Shown here piece by piece: positions 29,450 to 42,448 of a stretch of DNA of 64,000 bases. Under the pieces are notes generated by a model. The model saw only the letters and a list, made by a program, of their open reading frames with translations, did no database searches and was not told where the DNA came from. Each line of letters starts with the position of its first letter. Position 1 is the first letter of the stretch. This DNA comes from the human T2T-CHM13v2.0 reference genome, Homo sapiens. Location: NCBI RefSeq assembly GCF_009914755.1, contig NC_060928.1; one strand, given 5' to 3'. A program made the translations under genes and the position numbers.

Positions 29450-30480
29450 TTTCTTAGATTCTTCCCTTTTAACTCTGCTTTCTTTTTCTGGTACTCCCAA
29501 AAATTTTTATTGAACATCGTCAGGTTTCTTAAGTTTCTTATCTTTTCCCCACAATGGTAGATCCCTTTGTATTTTGGGTTATTTTCTAATACATTTCTTT
29601 GACTTTATCTTCTTAATAACATTTTTAATAGTTAATGTATTTTAAAAATTTAAGCATCCTCTTATTTTCCCTTTGTGGTGTGCTTTTGTTTTTCATTGAT
29701 AGTATTATCTCCTTTGAAATCGTCTTCTGCCCCTGCATTGTTTCTGTTTTCTTTGAATTCCACTTTCTCTTAATTTGCTTTCATTCCAGTATTTTATCTT
29801 GAAGGAGTCTCTCAAATGTTTAATGATTATTTTTTGGTTTATTCATATTTAAGAGAAACTAATGGGCAGATTGGAAGTTCTGCATGAATGGGTACATTTT
29901 GTTTAGTGGAAGCCTGCCAATTTGTTGAGATGTCTCCAAATGTTAGTAACCATATGTCTTTCCTTGGGAACTATTCAGTTTGTCCAAGGAAAAGTCTTCT
30001 GAGGAAACCTTAATCTACCAGCAATGACGCGTCAAGAGGCACAAATCCAAAAGGTAAAAGAGAGCTGGATGGTCTCACCATTCAGTAGGTGTGTTTTTAC
30101 ATAAACATCTCTTTTTGGTATGGCAACTCTTGTGTATATTCTGCTATGCCTTCTGTCCCTGGCCTGGAATCTCTTGGTTCAATTACCCCAAAAAAAGAAA
30201 TCTCCAGATTCCTGCCAAAGTCATGGAGAGACAGGTTCCTACCTGTATAGGATGCAGGATGGGACCAAAGTGTCTGACCGATGTGTTTCAAACATTTCCA
30301 TGTTTTGAGCCTTGAGTTTATAACTTTAAGAATTTTCATTACAATCATCACCACTACCTTTTGGAACAACAACAACAAAAAAACTTAAAGGAAGTGATTT
30401 CATAATTTCTCTAATTTTATTCCAAGACTGGAAGTCCCTTTATAATCAGTAATCATTCAATGGGACTCTTTCTCTTTCCC
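29450..30480 (-). mobile_element. HAL1-like LINE fragment
   Basis: ctcaaatgtttaatgat...attcatatttaagag...gattggaagttctg...ccaaatgttagta match recalled antisense HAL1. Confidence 0.55.
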
Positions 30481-30647
30481 CTACTACTAGGATCACCAGT
30501 TGTTAACATCTGGCATACATAAAAGATGGGTTGTTTCACATATTTCCTTAGCTATTTCTTCTCCAACAGTAGAAATAATATATGGATTCAAGTTTAAGTA
30601 ACTCAATAATTAAATCCACTATAGCCAGGGCATTGTTCTTTGCTTGA

Positions 30648-30843
30648 GAAGCAGCATGGATCCCTGGGAAAAACATATTAAACTGGGAACAAAAAATCCC
30701 AAATATTAATTCTCACTTTCCCAAAACTTTCAGCCTGTACCTTTAGACAGCTCACTTACCTTTCCTGGACATCAGTTTTTACTCATCTATAAAATGATGA
30801 TATTGGATTAGTGATCTCTAAGATTCTTTCTATTTCCAACATC
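30648..30843 (+). mobile_element. MIR3-like SINE
   Basis: gaagcagcatgg...catcagtttttactcatctataaaatga...tgatctctaagattcttt. Confidence 0.65.
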
Positions 30844-33399
30844 ACAGCATTGAGAAGGGTGAGGTGATTGAGCATTGAGCAAACTATAATTGTAGATGAA
30901 AATACCTACTGTGCTTGTAACCACTCTTTAAGGAGACTTTGGCTCTCTAACACTTTCAGTAATTGGCTGACAAGATTAATTACAAGGTCACCTAATGATG
31001 AAAATATTATAACATATACTGATATGTTCAGACAGAATCAGAAATATTAAACTCATAAAATTGAGACCTTTCAAATTCTGACCCTCTTTAACAAATAAAA
31101 ATTAGTTTAACTTCTTCCTTAATGCTGCCAGAGCTGTTTCTTTCTATAAATGTACATAAATAATTTCATATATTTACATAGTACTTTGTAGTACTACATA
31201 AAAATGCTTCTCAAACCATTTTTACAGGGATTGGCATTACATTCATTTCTCAGTTGGCAATCTAAGGAACCTCTAAGTGTCACAAAGACATGTGGCAAAA
31301 CCAGGACTTCTAACTTCAAGAATGGTTTCCATATCTGTGCTGCTTTCCTACTAGAAAGTTGATAGACACACTATCCTTGTAAATAGGTATACCTCAATCA
31401 TTTATTAAAAGTCAAAATTAACTAAAGATTATGAGCAAGTAAGTATTAGATCTAGTGCTTCATTCCCAATCCACCTTCAGATTTCAAAGTACTTTTCACC
31501 TCCCAACTGAAATAAGCATGTTCAGCTACACTTCAGTCAAACCTATGTGTGTTACATCTAATATTTCACAAGGTTCTGACTGGCCTACACAGCTAATGTC
31601 ATCATCTCTAAAATGATGTTCCACAATTATTTTACAATTCTTTATTTGAATTAGTCACCAAACTTGGAACACAAAATAACATTTAGGTTTAGTTACTTCA
31701 TCTATCCAACAAAGCAACACATCCTTCTCCTTTGTAACTTCCTGGTGTCCTAAACCTTAAAAGGACACTGGCACTTGTTAGGTAGGGCACTCCATCCAAA
31801 TCTGAAATCCTCTCCAAGTCTTATCATGGCACTGAGTTTGTGTCCCTCCATGCCACTGAAGAGTTCCCTTCCTAGAGCAGAAAGATCATATCCTTTGTTC
31901 CCTCGATTACTTCCATTAGGCTTTAGAAGCACATGGATAATGTTGAATTGTCCATAATGAATGTCTAGTGCAGCATCCCCTTCATTCCAAATGGATGCGA
32001 ACACTGTCCTCGAAACAAAGCTCTCACTCCTTCGGGGAATGGGTCATTTAATCTCAAGAGTTTAAGCTGTCAATGTCAAGAAGGTGCATTTCAATACAGA
32101 ATTCACTGAAGCAAGCAACAAATTTAAATGGATCATCTCATCCCAACTCCTGTGACTAATTCCCAACCACAACTTAGATTCATGAAAAAAAGTCATCTTT
32201 CCTGTAATTAAATGGAAAGTAGTGGATTAAATTACAAATTAAAATTTCAGATTTTCATTCTGTGAGATTATATAACAATATATGCAATTTATTGGTTTAC
32301 AAAACTGAAATGTCTAGAATTATGACTGAAAAAGTGACTTGATACAGTTACTCAAACAATAGCACCCAGAATCTGTTTATTTCCATGGCTCTGCTATGCT
32401 TCCATAGTGAAAGTTGCAGCCTCAGGCTCCACCCAGTGACCTCTGACAGTGCACTATACCTTTGTGGTAGCAAAGTGCCTGTGGGGGTTATAAAATTTAC
32501 ATCCTTATGTTCCAGCAAAACTTTTCTTCTATCTTATTGGCTCTGTCTGGGTTATTTACCCATCCCCCAGCAGATCTCTATTGAGGGTAATTTGACCATT
32601 CCTAAGGTCAGTTCAACTACATTCAAACCATAATGAGTTAAATGAGTATTTTCCAGACTATAAATGATAAATCATTTGTGGGACATGCATCAGTACAATG
32701 AACTCCCAGCAATAATTTTTTAAAGAATAGACTCCTATGGAATAGAAATATAAATATCAGACTGTATAACCATTAGTAATATTTTTGCTGAAACTTGCTT
32801 AGTTTCATATAAATGTATGTGTTTGGTGATAAGTGATGCAATTTGCAATTTATTTTTCTCTGAGCTGCAGAGGAAAAGTTTTAAAGGTAGTACTTAGAGT
32901 AAGAGAAATTTGAATACTCTCAAGAAAAATCAGGGTGTCAATTGGAAATAGAAATGGATGCTGGGTAGCAGCCAAAATATAAATATATACAACATAGAAT
33001 CTATTTGATACCCATTGATTTATAATCTTTCTAATATGCATATTATTTGCTTTTTTTTTTTTACAAGCCATAGTTTACTAGAGTATGAACAATAGCAGTT
33101 TGACAAATGTTTTCTGTGAGTTTGGAAAAGCAATATTTTTTAAAGGCCATTTAAATCCGTCATCTCTGCCACCTTGAGTAAGAGGTATATTTCATCTTCT
33201 AACAAGCTTATTCCACTCAGCCGTGAAGTAAGACCTTTAGCTCTAAAGGCCTTCTGGATGCTCAAATACCAAGTTATTTTTTCCAATTCTCATCTTTTTT
33301 ATTCACAATGGTTATTTTTATTTTAAACTAGATACTTTCCTATAACCAGTTTCTAGATAGTGTCTGAGTATATAAGGAGGGAACAGGATAACTGAAAGA

Positions 33400-33570
33400 T
33401 GACAGGACCATCAGTCAGGACTTCCAGACTCCAGCTCCAGTTCTACTATCGATCAGTTCTAAAATCTTGGGACTTCAAGTTCTTTGTGGCTCAGCGTTCT
33501 TACATGTTAAAAGAAGGAAAATGGTGAAGTTTATTTCTAAGAGAACTTTATCTTCACATGACCCATCTGA
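33400..33570 (+). mobile_element. MIR3-like SINE fragment
   Basis: agtcaggacttccagactccagctccagttctacta...gctcagcgttcttacatgttaaaag. Confidence 0.45.
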
Positions 33571-33914
33571 GTAACAATAAGTTGAGGAGGGTTATTCAGC
33601 TGTTCAGAGAAAAAAAAATGACACCTTTTATCTCTATATCACAAGATCATAGCACAGTAGGAAAAAAGTCTCCTGACATCAGCTACCTAAGACGAAAGCA
33701 CACCCAGCAAGAGGAAACAGACACAAGGCCAGTCAAGAAAGGGTCAGGAGTTTACTCTCAGTATATTCTCAACCTGAGACCCTTCCTTCTTCCTGCTCAG
33801 CTCTGCACCTTTACCTTACTCACAAATTCTTCATCCGTTTTTGTAATTCTCTAGACTGTTTCTCTATCCTTATTTCACTCTTCCCAGGTAATAATCAGAT
33901 GGTCTGGGACCTAG

Positions 33915-34100
33915 AACCCTAAGAGGTGAGACAGACAAATAGAGTCTGTCTCACATTAGTTCTGCAATCTCTGTCAAATTACCTAAGTACTCAGTTTTAA
34001 TAAGATAGAGATAAAAATAAAGACCTCACAGTGTTATGTTTACTAAATGAGTTAACAGATATATAATATGTAGCACATTGTCTGGATATTAGCAGGCTGT
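33915..34100 (+). mobile_element. MIR fragment
   Basis: ctcagtttt...acctcacagtgttatgtttactaaatgagttaac. Confidence 0.5.
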
Positions 34101-35054
34101 CACTAAGAGGAAAAGAGTACCATATTAATAAACAAGTGGTAAATAATGCTTAATTTCATCAGTAACAAAAGAAATACAATATACTACTTTTTACCAGTCA
34201 TATTACCAAAGATGAGAGTGATTATGCCCCAAATAGTTTTAGATATGAGACATAAACATACAGAGCTATGTTTAAAAATCTGGAATAGTTATCTTTGTGT
34301 TGAGGCAAAAGTAAGGGGAAAGAAACAAATGGGGAATCAGAAATAATTTTTTTAATGATCCAATACCAATTTCTTGACAAACTGCCTGAATAACCCAATT
34401 CTGCTCTCAACATGATATAGCTCTTTGAATCCTGTATCCATTGTTCAAACCATTAATGAGAGTTTAATCTGAGTTGTGTCAGAAAATATTCATCGCATCT
34501 CCTGTGTGTCCAGGTCTTAGCTATGTATTATGGTGAATATACACCTAGAAAATAAAATAGGTATTCTTAAAAAATACATAAACTTATTAAGAAGACAAGA
34601 CTTCACATTAGAATGTAGAAGGCTACTCTCTACAAAGAGCAGAAGGCTAGAGATAAGTGGCCAGTTATGGAGTACAGGCTAAGTGTAGAATTACAGACAA
34701 GGAAAATCAGTTATCAGCTAACTAATCAGAAAAAGTTTCATGTATGAGGTGGAATCTGCTGTTGTATTCTACAGAGAAATCCTTGTGTTTCCACTGGCCT
34801 CTAAATAAAGTTATAGGTTTAAGATGTATTTCCAAAAACCTCGGAAACTTACTGAGATAAAATAAATGAAGAAATGGTGTTTTTGAAAACATTAGAAAGT
34901 TTCTGCCAGTGTACTCATTTCATCCAGAATTGTCCTCAAGTCCTTTCTGACTCTGCAGCTAAAAGACTTTTCTTGCTAGAACAATCCACATGGGTCTCTG
35001 GACTAGCTACAGCTATGGATGGAGCAGCCCCCTCTCATCTACATGCTATTTGTG

Positions 35055-35497
35055 GCTATCACGTCAGATTCCCCAGGAAGAAAATGCTGAGATGAGTTTA
35101 GTATTTAAGATAGTTATTATGAAGTGTTATTGGGCTCAATTCCCGTGGAAAAGAGGAGAAAAATTAGGACTGGGCAAAAGAAGTTGAGCATCAATGCAAT
35201 TTCAATGAAGGCCTCAGCCACCTCTATGGAAAGTTATAATGCTGAATGTCCCTTTAGAGTTGTTCTGAGTTAGGAGGGTAAGGTCAAAATTTTACATCCC
35301 ATGTAAATCAGCCATTGCATGCAGGTCACCCTAGAAATGTAATATGACCTTGCGTGAGGTGGCTTCTCAGCAGAGGCATATTCTTCTGTGGAGGGTGACA
35401 GCTGAAGTTTTTCTGATTGCAGCATCCCAACAACAAAGGGAGTAAATTCTTTAATTCTGAAGTGGAAATCTGGGTGATGGATCATATTGTTCACCTT
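35055..35497 (-). mobile_element. LTR16C-like (ERVL) solo LTR
   Basis: ttccccaggaag...ctgagatg...gaaggcctcagcca...agagttgttctgagtt...gggtgacagctgaag...aatctgggtgatggatca. Confidence 0.75.
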
Positions 35498-36174
35498 GTG
35501 GCCCATGTCACTAATGCTGCATCAGCTCAATACCCCTGTGGACTCCCAGCACAGAGTTCTGCTGTCATCTCCATGCACATTCTCCCTCTTCTTATTGATG
35601 TTACTGCTTAATGACCCCAAACTATACCCACCACTAGAAAGAGAGGCAGGGATGTGAGAAGCCTTAGCATAAAAGTTACACTCAGTCATAATTCTGGACT
35701 CAGGGAACCTCTAGTCGACCTGGTCTGTATGTGTTACTGGAATTGTTTTTTTCTCCATTCCAACCTACTAGATGATGGAACAGTGGCTCCATGTCCTATC
35801 AGTACAGCAGCCTGACTGCTTCTCTTCTCATTATGCCTGAATGAAGTAGGACTCCAGGAAAACTTCCCACCCAACTCAGCATAAATGACATTACCACAGT
35901 GTGAAGGCCAACAGTGTAGCTGTAAGACAGATTGAGCTCTAAGGAACATACAAAGCTATTCATCTGTAAATGTGTTTGGAAGACTCAAGATCAATAAAGA
36001 CAAATTAATTTTAATCTGGAAAACACAACTGAGAAGACAGGCCTCTTGTGGAAGAGTATAATATTATTCATTCCAGATTTCAACATGGCATGCTGGAGAT
36101 CTATGTTAAAGGGGCTGCGAGCCATGTGGAGCTAGGCCTGCAGCAAAGAAAAGAAGGTTGTAAGCTAGTCATTT

Positions 36175-36430
36175 CTCAGTATAGCACTATGTCCAAAGTG
36201 TCTGCTCCAGAATCAGATCTGGGGCGAAAGCCCAGCTGCTTGGCTAAAGAGCTCTGTGATGTATTGCTTGTTGCTTTGCCTCTCAACCTGTGTCTACTGG
36301 TTAGCAAATGGGAGAAAATATCTTTATCTTACAGGATTTTTGTGAAGACTTAATGAAAATAAATAAATAAATAATGCTCCAATCTAGTAACTGGCAGATG
36401 GTGGGCACTCAGAAAGCAGGAGCTGTAACT
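36175..36430 (+). mobile_element. MIR SINE
   Basis: cagtatagcac...aaatgggagaaaat...caggatttttgtgaagacttaatga. Confidence 0.6.
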
Positions 36431-36735
36431 ATCACTTCATATGGAATCTGATGTGGCCTGGTATCTCCAAGGAGTAAGCTATACTTTGTAATCAGGAACA
36501 TTTAGATTTTTTCTGTGCTGCATCCGTATTTAATTATTTGTTATTTCTCACTGTTAAGATGTTTGAAAAGTTCAGGTTTTCTATGTTGCTTTCAAAGAAA
36601 ATCAAAATCAGAATTTACCTTCATGCATTGGCCAGAGCACTAAGACAGGAGCTGGGCACCCTGTGGTCAGTCAACACAGTGGTTGTGTTAATCACTAAAG
36701 CACAGAAATACATTGTAAAAAGCTGGGCCTTGGTC

Positions 36736-37106
36736 TCCTCTTTTCAGGAGGTTATCTGAGTTTAGAGGTTCTGGGTATCATTATATTAAGGATGTTGTTT
36801 TCTGTAATACCTGTATTGCATAAGTAAAGATTCCTCTTTACAGGAGGTTATCTGAGTTTAGAGGTTCTGGGTATTATTCTTTTTAGGAGATTCCTCTTTT
36901 CAGGAGGTTATCTGAGTTTAGATGTTCTGGGTATTATTATATTAAGGATGTTGTTTTCTGTAATACCTCTATTGCATAAGTAAAGATTCCTCTTTTCAGG
37001 AGGTTATCTGAGTTTAGGGGTTCTGGGTATTATTATATTAAGGATGTTGTTTTCTATAATACCTATATTGCATAAGTAAAGATAATACCTGTATTGTATA
37101 AGGAAA
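36736..37106. repeat. 96-bp minisatellite: three full units, one 60-bp truncated unit and a terminal ~24-bp sub-duplication
   Basis: tcctcttt(t/a)caggaggttatctgagtttag starts at 36736, 36832, 36892, 36988; units nearly identical. Confidence 0.95.
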
Positions 37107-37149
37107 ATGTATTGGGTCTTTTTTGACAGAATGCTGACATGACTAAAAG

Positions 37150-37460
37150 CAGTTGACTCTTAAATGCCTACAGGGGCTTGACAGGCAATACATAAGTGAA
37201 GCAAGTCAGATGTAAGAACAGTTTGAGAGACAGCAGGAAGTGTGCAGGGCTGTGGTGTTCAGGACATGTAAAGAACAAATGCCCTGTCCTAATGTGGGGA
37301 TGCTAACAGTCCGAAAATGTGGACCACAAATTCCTACAATTTCCAGTTTTTTCCAGAAGACAGGTATCGGGAGGTGGGTATGAAGTTTATCAGTTTTTCA
37401 CCACTGGCCACTAATTCAATATTTTAGACTCAGTCCCACCTGATCTGTGCAGGTCCTAAA
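37150..37460. mobile_element. MER102-like hAT MITE
   Basis: aaatgcctacagggg...aagtgaagc...ttttccagaagacagg...ggccactaattcaat. Confidence 0.6.
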
Positions 37461-37925
37461 ACTTATATAGAAAGAGAATTAAGGAGAAGATGATTAAAGT
37501 GAAAATATCAATACTTTCATAACTTCAGTTATTACTTCTCTTTATTAATAGTTCTCAGTGTTTTAAGCACGGAGAATATTTCTTTATAATTAAGAACTGT
37601 GTTGTTATAAACAAGCATGCAGGAGAGGGCCCTGGTCCAGAACATGCCAACCTGGAACGTTTAACAAGACTCAAGTGAGTGAACATAAGAAACCATGGTT
37701 GATCACTCATATTTATACTAAACTTCATGTATAATTACAAAAGTGATCATTTGAAATGAAATTCTCTGTACTGATGCTCATCACCTCAGGAACACAAAAT
37801 AGAGTCCTCTTTTATTTCCCCAATTCCAAATCTTTACAGTAACTCCATCCATCTTTCAACTGTCATTTTCCATAGTCAATGCACCTCATCTCTTCTAACT
37901 CTAAACCAGAACACATGATCCAGGG

Positions 37926-38309
37926 TGTATTAGTCCATTCTCATGCTGCTATAAGGACATACCTGAGACTGGGTAACTTAGAAAGAAAAGAGGTTTAGTT
38001 GACTCACAGCTCAGCATGACTGGGGAGACCTCAGGAAACTTGCAATCATGGTGGAAGGGGGAGCAAGCACATCCTCCTTCACATGGCAGCAGGAAACAGA
38101 AGAATGAGAACTGAGTGAAGTGGGAAGCCCGTTATAAAATCATCAGATCTCGTGAGAACTTACTCAATATCATGAGAACGACACAGGGGAAACTAACCTC
38201 ATGATTCAATTATCTCCACCTGACCCTGCCTTAGAGCGGGCAGAACACGTGGGGATTATTTACAATTCAAGGTGAGACTTGGGTAGGGATACAGAGCCAA
38301 ACCATATCA
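37926..38309 (-). mobile_element. THE1C-like MaLR solo LTR
   Basis: tgtattagtccattctc ... gagccaaaccatatca; perfect 5-bp TSD caggg at 37921-37925 and 38310-38314. Confidence 0.92.
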
Positions 38310-40395
38310 CAGGGATGCAGAGAATTTGTTAGATCCCTTGTTCCAGCTAGGTACACAACACAGTAATTCACAGTAGACAGTAGATAGAAACCTGAACCTG
38401 GGCACCAATCTTCCCTCCTGAGGAAATAACAGTGCTGAGAAACACAAGTCAGTCTCAGATGTTAAGATTCCAGCCAGGAGGAGAAACAGTGTCCAAAAGA
38501 AGATAAACAGACTGCGGTGGATGTCAAAGAAGTGATCAAGGTACTCCGCACACTCTCTGCCTCTTGGAGCTGCCAACATGTGAAAGCTGGGCTGACTCTT
38601 GCTAGGACCAACTGATTATTGTATAATTCAATATTACTGTTGACAATAAGTCCCCTTCTTTTTTTCCTTGTTTGAAGCTATTTTCAAAGTTTTAAAAATC
38701 ACAGAAAATGCTTGGTTCTCATACCAATCTGTTCTCATACCCTACTACCTTGTGCTCCTACTTGTCTTACTTTAGGTTCCATTTTCTTCATCCCTCTGTA
38801 AGTTTAGCTGAGTTTCAGAATAATGCTATGGCCACAAAATAAAAAGCAATCTTAAAAAATCATTATGAGACAGAGTGCAGATGTTGGAGGGTTGAGGGGA
38901 GCAGGGGTGTCTATAAAAAGGCCATATGCAAGAGACCAGGAATGCAGGGCCTTAGAGCACTCCAAGTAAACAACAGCAGAGCTCAGTGGTCAATACATGG
39001 CATTACAGGGGTACAAACAAAGAAACCGAAGGACCAGAAAAATTTGTAAGATATCGTTAAGATAATTAAGGCAGAAACCAGTTAATAAAATCAGAGTCCT
39101 CAAGGCACAGCTGTACTCAGGATCAAATCTTACCTTTGCCACGTCAGGGAAAACCCAGCAGAAAGAACCCCAGAGAACTGGACTAAGTACATGATTTATT
39201 TCAGAGCGTGTGTAAAAGGGTGAGCTTGGTCAGATTTCTGCTTTTTGGGAATGTGGATCATGAACTTTTGCATCTTCTAACTTTTAAAGAGAAGACAAAT
39301 TTCATTTAAAATGATCAAATATTCAATGACAGCCACCAATTCAAAACTGAGGCACTGCCCATCCTAAATAAAGTTAGAGGTTAAATGATTCCACTGTATA
39401 CGCTGCACATCTAGGAGAAGAACTTAAGAGAGGTTGTTATATCAAGAAAAAAAATTGGTAAATTGTTCAGAAATAGATGCACTTTTCTAATTTAAGGGAG
39501 AAATGACTTTTTACATTAGGATTAGGTGAAAAATACTATTTTGTGATAAATAATGTGTAATTTGGCAAATAAATCTTAAGATATTTCCTTTAATCTTTAG
39601 TTAAAGATTAAAAAGATTTCTTTTCTTTATTAGTTGATTAAAGATTAAAGAATATGGCTTATAGATTTTCTCAGAGCTATTCAGATCCACTCTGGACATA
39701 GAAATTTCTGGAACTGAAAAAAATTTCATTGATATCAGGTATTCTCACTTTGTGCTTAAGTCTGTCATTCTTTCTAGCCAAACAGAAGAAAATGGCTAGG
39801 ACCACATAATTCCTGGTCCTAGACACGGAAGATGAATTGAGTTCCTTTGAAAATGATGGATGTATCCTGGGATTAAATTTTTCCTAAGTTTTGTGTTTTT
39901 TCCAGGTCTGATAGAACATAAATGCCACAAATCAAGGAAAAGGAAAGACATACAGCAGTGCATTCCCACAAGAACATCAGCTGAGTCCCAGAGGATCTGT
40001 TTGTACATCAGATTATAGTTCATTTCTCACTTACTAAGAGCTCACTCCCATATACATCTGATAAAGCAAGCTAAATTGTGAAATTCAGAAATGACCAAGG
40101 TTGGCTAGCAATGCTGTACAACACAAAAGGAAGCAATTTCAGGGCACCTGAGATGCAAGCTACATAGAAAATAAAACTTCTTTCACTTGTCATTTACCTT
40201 GGGATAGGTTGGTCAAAATCATAAAGAATATTTGCAGACTGAACACTCCCATATACTTTGTTTGCACTGGAAAAAAATGTCATATACTACCATGTTTTCA
40301 AATATATTTTTTAAATATATCAAAGAAGAAATAGGGAGAGGTATGAACACCAAGAAAACAAAGTAAACACAGTCAATCTAATTAGATCCATTAAC

Positions 40396-40939
40396 TGTTG
40401 AGTATATGCACGGTAAATGCATCTGACAGCAATAACTTAAGCACATTCTTAGAATGACACTGAATGACAGTCGCACCTGAATTTGTGTTCTGAGCTAGGG
40501 AACCTGGAACTGGCCAACCCAGAGATTGATTCCTTGTCTATGAGGAACACCTGAGACCTCAGCCCATCCTGTGGAACACAGGCAGGCCATACAGAGGATC
40601 AAGGTCCTGAGTTTTGGGTTAAATGATGGTTGCCAGGCAGAAATCATTAAGGAGAGAACATTAAGTGAAAATGCTATCTAAACTGCATGTTGTGTGCAAG
40701 CAGTTGTGGTTTACCCACCCAGCCCCCCATCACTGTGCCGAGCAGTCAGGTTGTCCAGCCCGCTGCCACTGGGCTGTATATAAGGGAGTTCTCTTGTCCA
40801 GTCACTGCCACTGAACTCTCTCCACTGTATATCATCCCCTAAAAAAACTCCTTGCCTTGTTTGCTGGCTCTGGGTCTTTTCTTCCACCTCTTGAACCTAG
40901 TGCCTTCCCTATTGAGGTTAATAGGAGTTTGGCACAACA
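40396..40939 (+). mobile_element. LTR47-like (ERVL) solo LTR
   Basis: tg...ca termini; ctgacagcaataacttaagca, ttccttgtctatgaggaaca, gagttttgggttaaatga, cctcttgaacctagtgcc; subfamily from recall. Confidence 0.7.
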
Positions 40940-41509
40940 GTGCATGGTGATAAAAGTGAAGATGGCTACCAAGATAAATAAAACGCTAAAATAAATTTTA
41001 AGCTAAAATCTATTATAGCAGGGAAACACAATACAGACACGAAATGATAAATAGCTTCACAAGCTTAAAATACAAATACTTGGAGAGGAAAAATGAGATG
41101 AGGCACCACATTAACTACTAAAAGAAGGTCACCATCAAAACAATGAAGAATGGAATGACATTAGCCTAAGTTTTTATAAAGAAAGGGAATTTGAGCTCAG
41201 ACTTGGGGGACAGGTGGGATAAATGTGTTTGTAGTGATATATTATGTTTTACACACTTAGATGTATAAAGATTGTGAAATTACTTTGTTCAAACCAAATG
41301 TGGTCCAAGCCTGTGTGGTCCCTTGAAGGCAAGTGATTACCATTCCTGTGCCAAGTTTGGACAGAAAAATCTTGGTTTTGCCAGAACCCTGGTACGTAAA
41401 TTCTCTCCTACTTGGTGAAATAGAAGGCTTTTCAGTCCCTTTTCACATTTTGCAATACTTGTAGTCCCCTATATTCTTTACCTGCCAATCTCTTTCCACT
41501 CCCAGTCTC

Positions 41510-41961
41510 TATTGTGGGTTGAATGGTGTCCCCCAAAATACCTGTGCCCACCCAGAACCTCATAATGTGACTTTATTTGGAAATAGGGTCTTTGCAGGTA
41601 TAATTAATTAATGATCACAAGATGAAATCATCCTGAGTTTAGGCTGGTCCCTAAATCCAAAGCAAGTGTCCTTATAAGGAGAGGACACAGAGACACACAG
41701 AAGAGAGCACCACATGAAGACTGAGGCAAAGACTGGAGCGGTATCTCCACAAGCCAAGGAATGCCAAGGATTGCCAGCAACCACCAGAAGTTAGAAGAGT
41801 GGCAGGAAACCTTTTCCCTCCAAGCCTCCAGGAGAAACCAACCCAGCTGATAATCTTGATTTTGAATTTCTGGTCTCCAGAACTGTTGGAAAATACATTT
41901 CTGTTGTTTCAACCCACCAACTTGTGTTAATTTTCTGTGGTAGCCCTAGGGAACTAGGACA
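41510..41961 (+). mobile_element. MLT1C-like LTR
   Basis: gggttgaatggtgtccccc...ttatttggaaatagggtctttgcag...caagccaaggaatgccaagg...gtagccctagggaactaggaca. Confidence 0.85.
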
Positions 41962-42448
41962 TTCTGCTTTTCTTTTTTTCCCCACCTGCAACACAGTCCC
42001 CTTCCTGCTCTCCCCAACCCCCAAACATAAATCTCTCAAAGACTTTGGACTTCTGAATAAAACAAAATCAGAAAAAATGGTTTGTCTGCCGATACCTTCT
42101 CTTTCCTGACTGGAGGAAGCTTCTCCTCTCCCACCCACCTTCCTTTATCCAACGATCTAAAAATGCCTAAGAACTTGTTTGGAAAAGAGAGGGGGAAAGA
42201 GATAACAAAACACAAATTTATATCTCAACAAATTATACTGCCACATGTGGAAAATACATAAACCAAAGTGCAGGTTGGAAAGTAAACACCCAGTATACCA
42301 GCTGGATGAGCCATGATCAAGAGACAATGAATACACCATTTAAGAGACAATAGAAAATTAAAATAAGAAAATAGTATAAGACAAATTTTAAAAGAGTTGA
42401 GTTATATTTAAAGGTCATTGAATGCAAGACTAAAAGGCTTGGACCAGA

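Noticed and set aside
31750-32004. 84-aa - strand ORF with protein-like composition
   Set aside because: No family recognised and no clear splice boundaries; would need TBLASTN or PhyloCSF support.
36736-37106. Regularly spaced repeats resembling a CRISPR array
   Set aside because: The intervening sequences are copies of each other, not unique spacers; no cas genes; primate DNA. It is a minisatellite.
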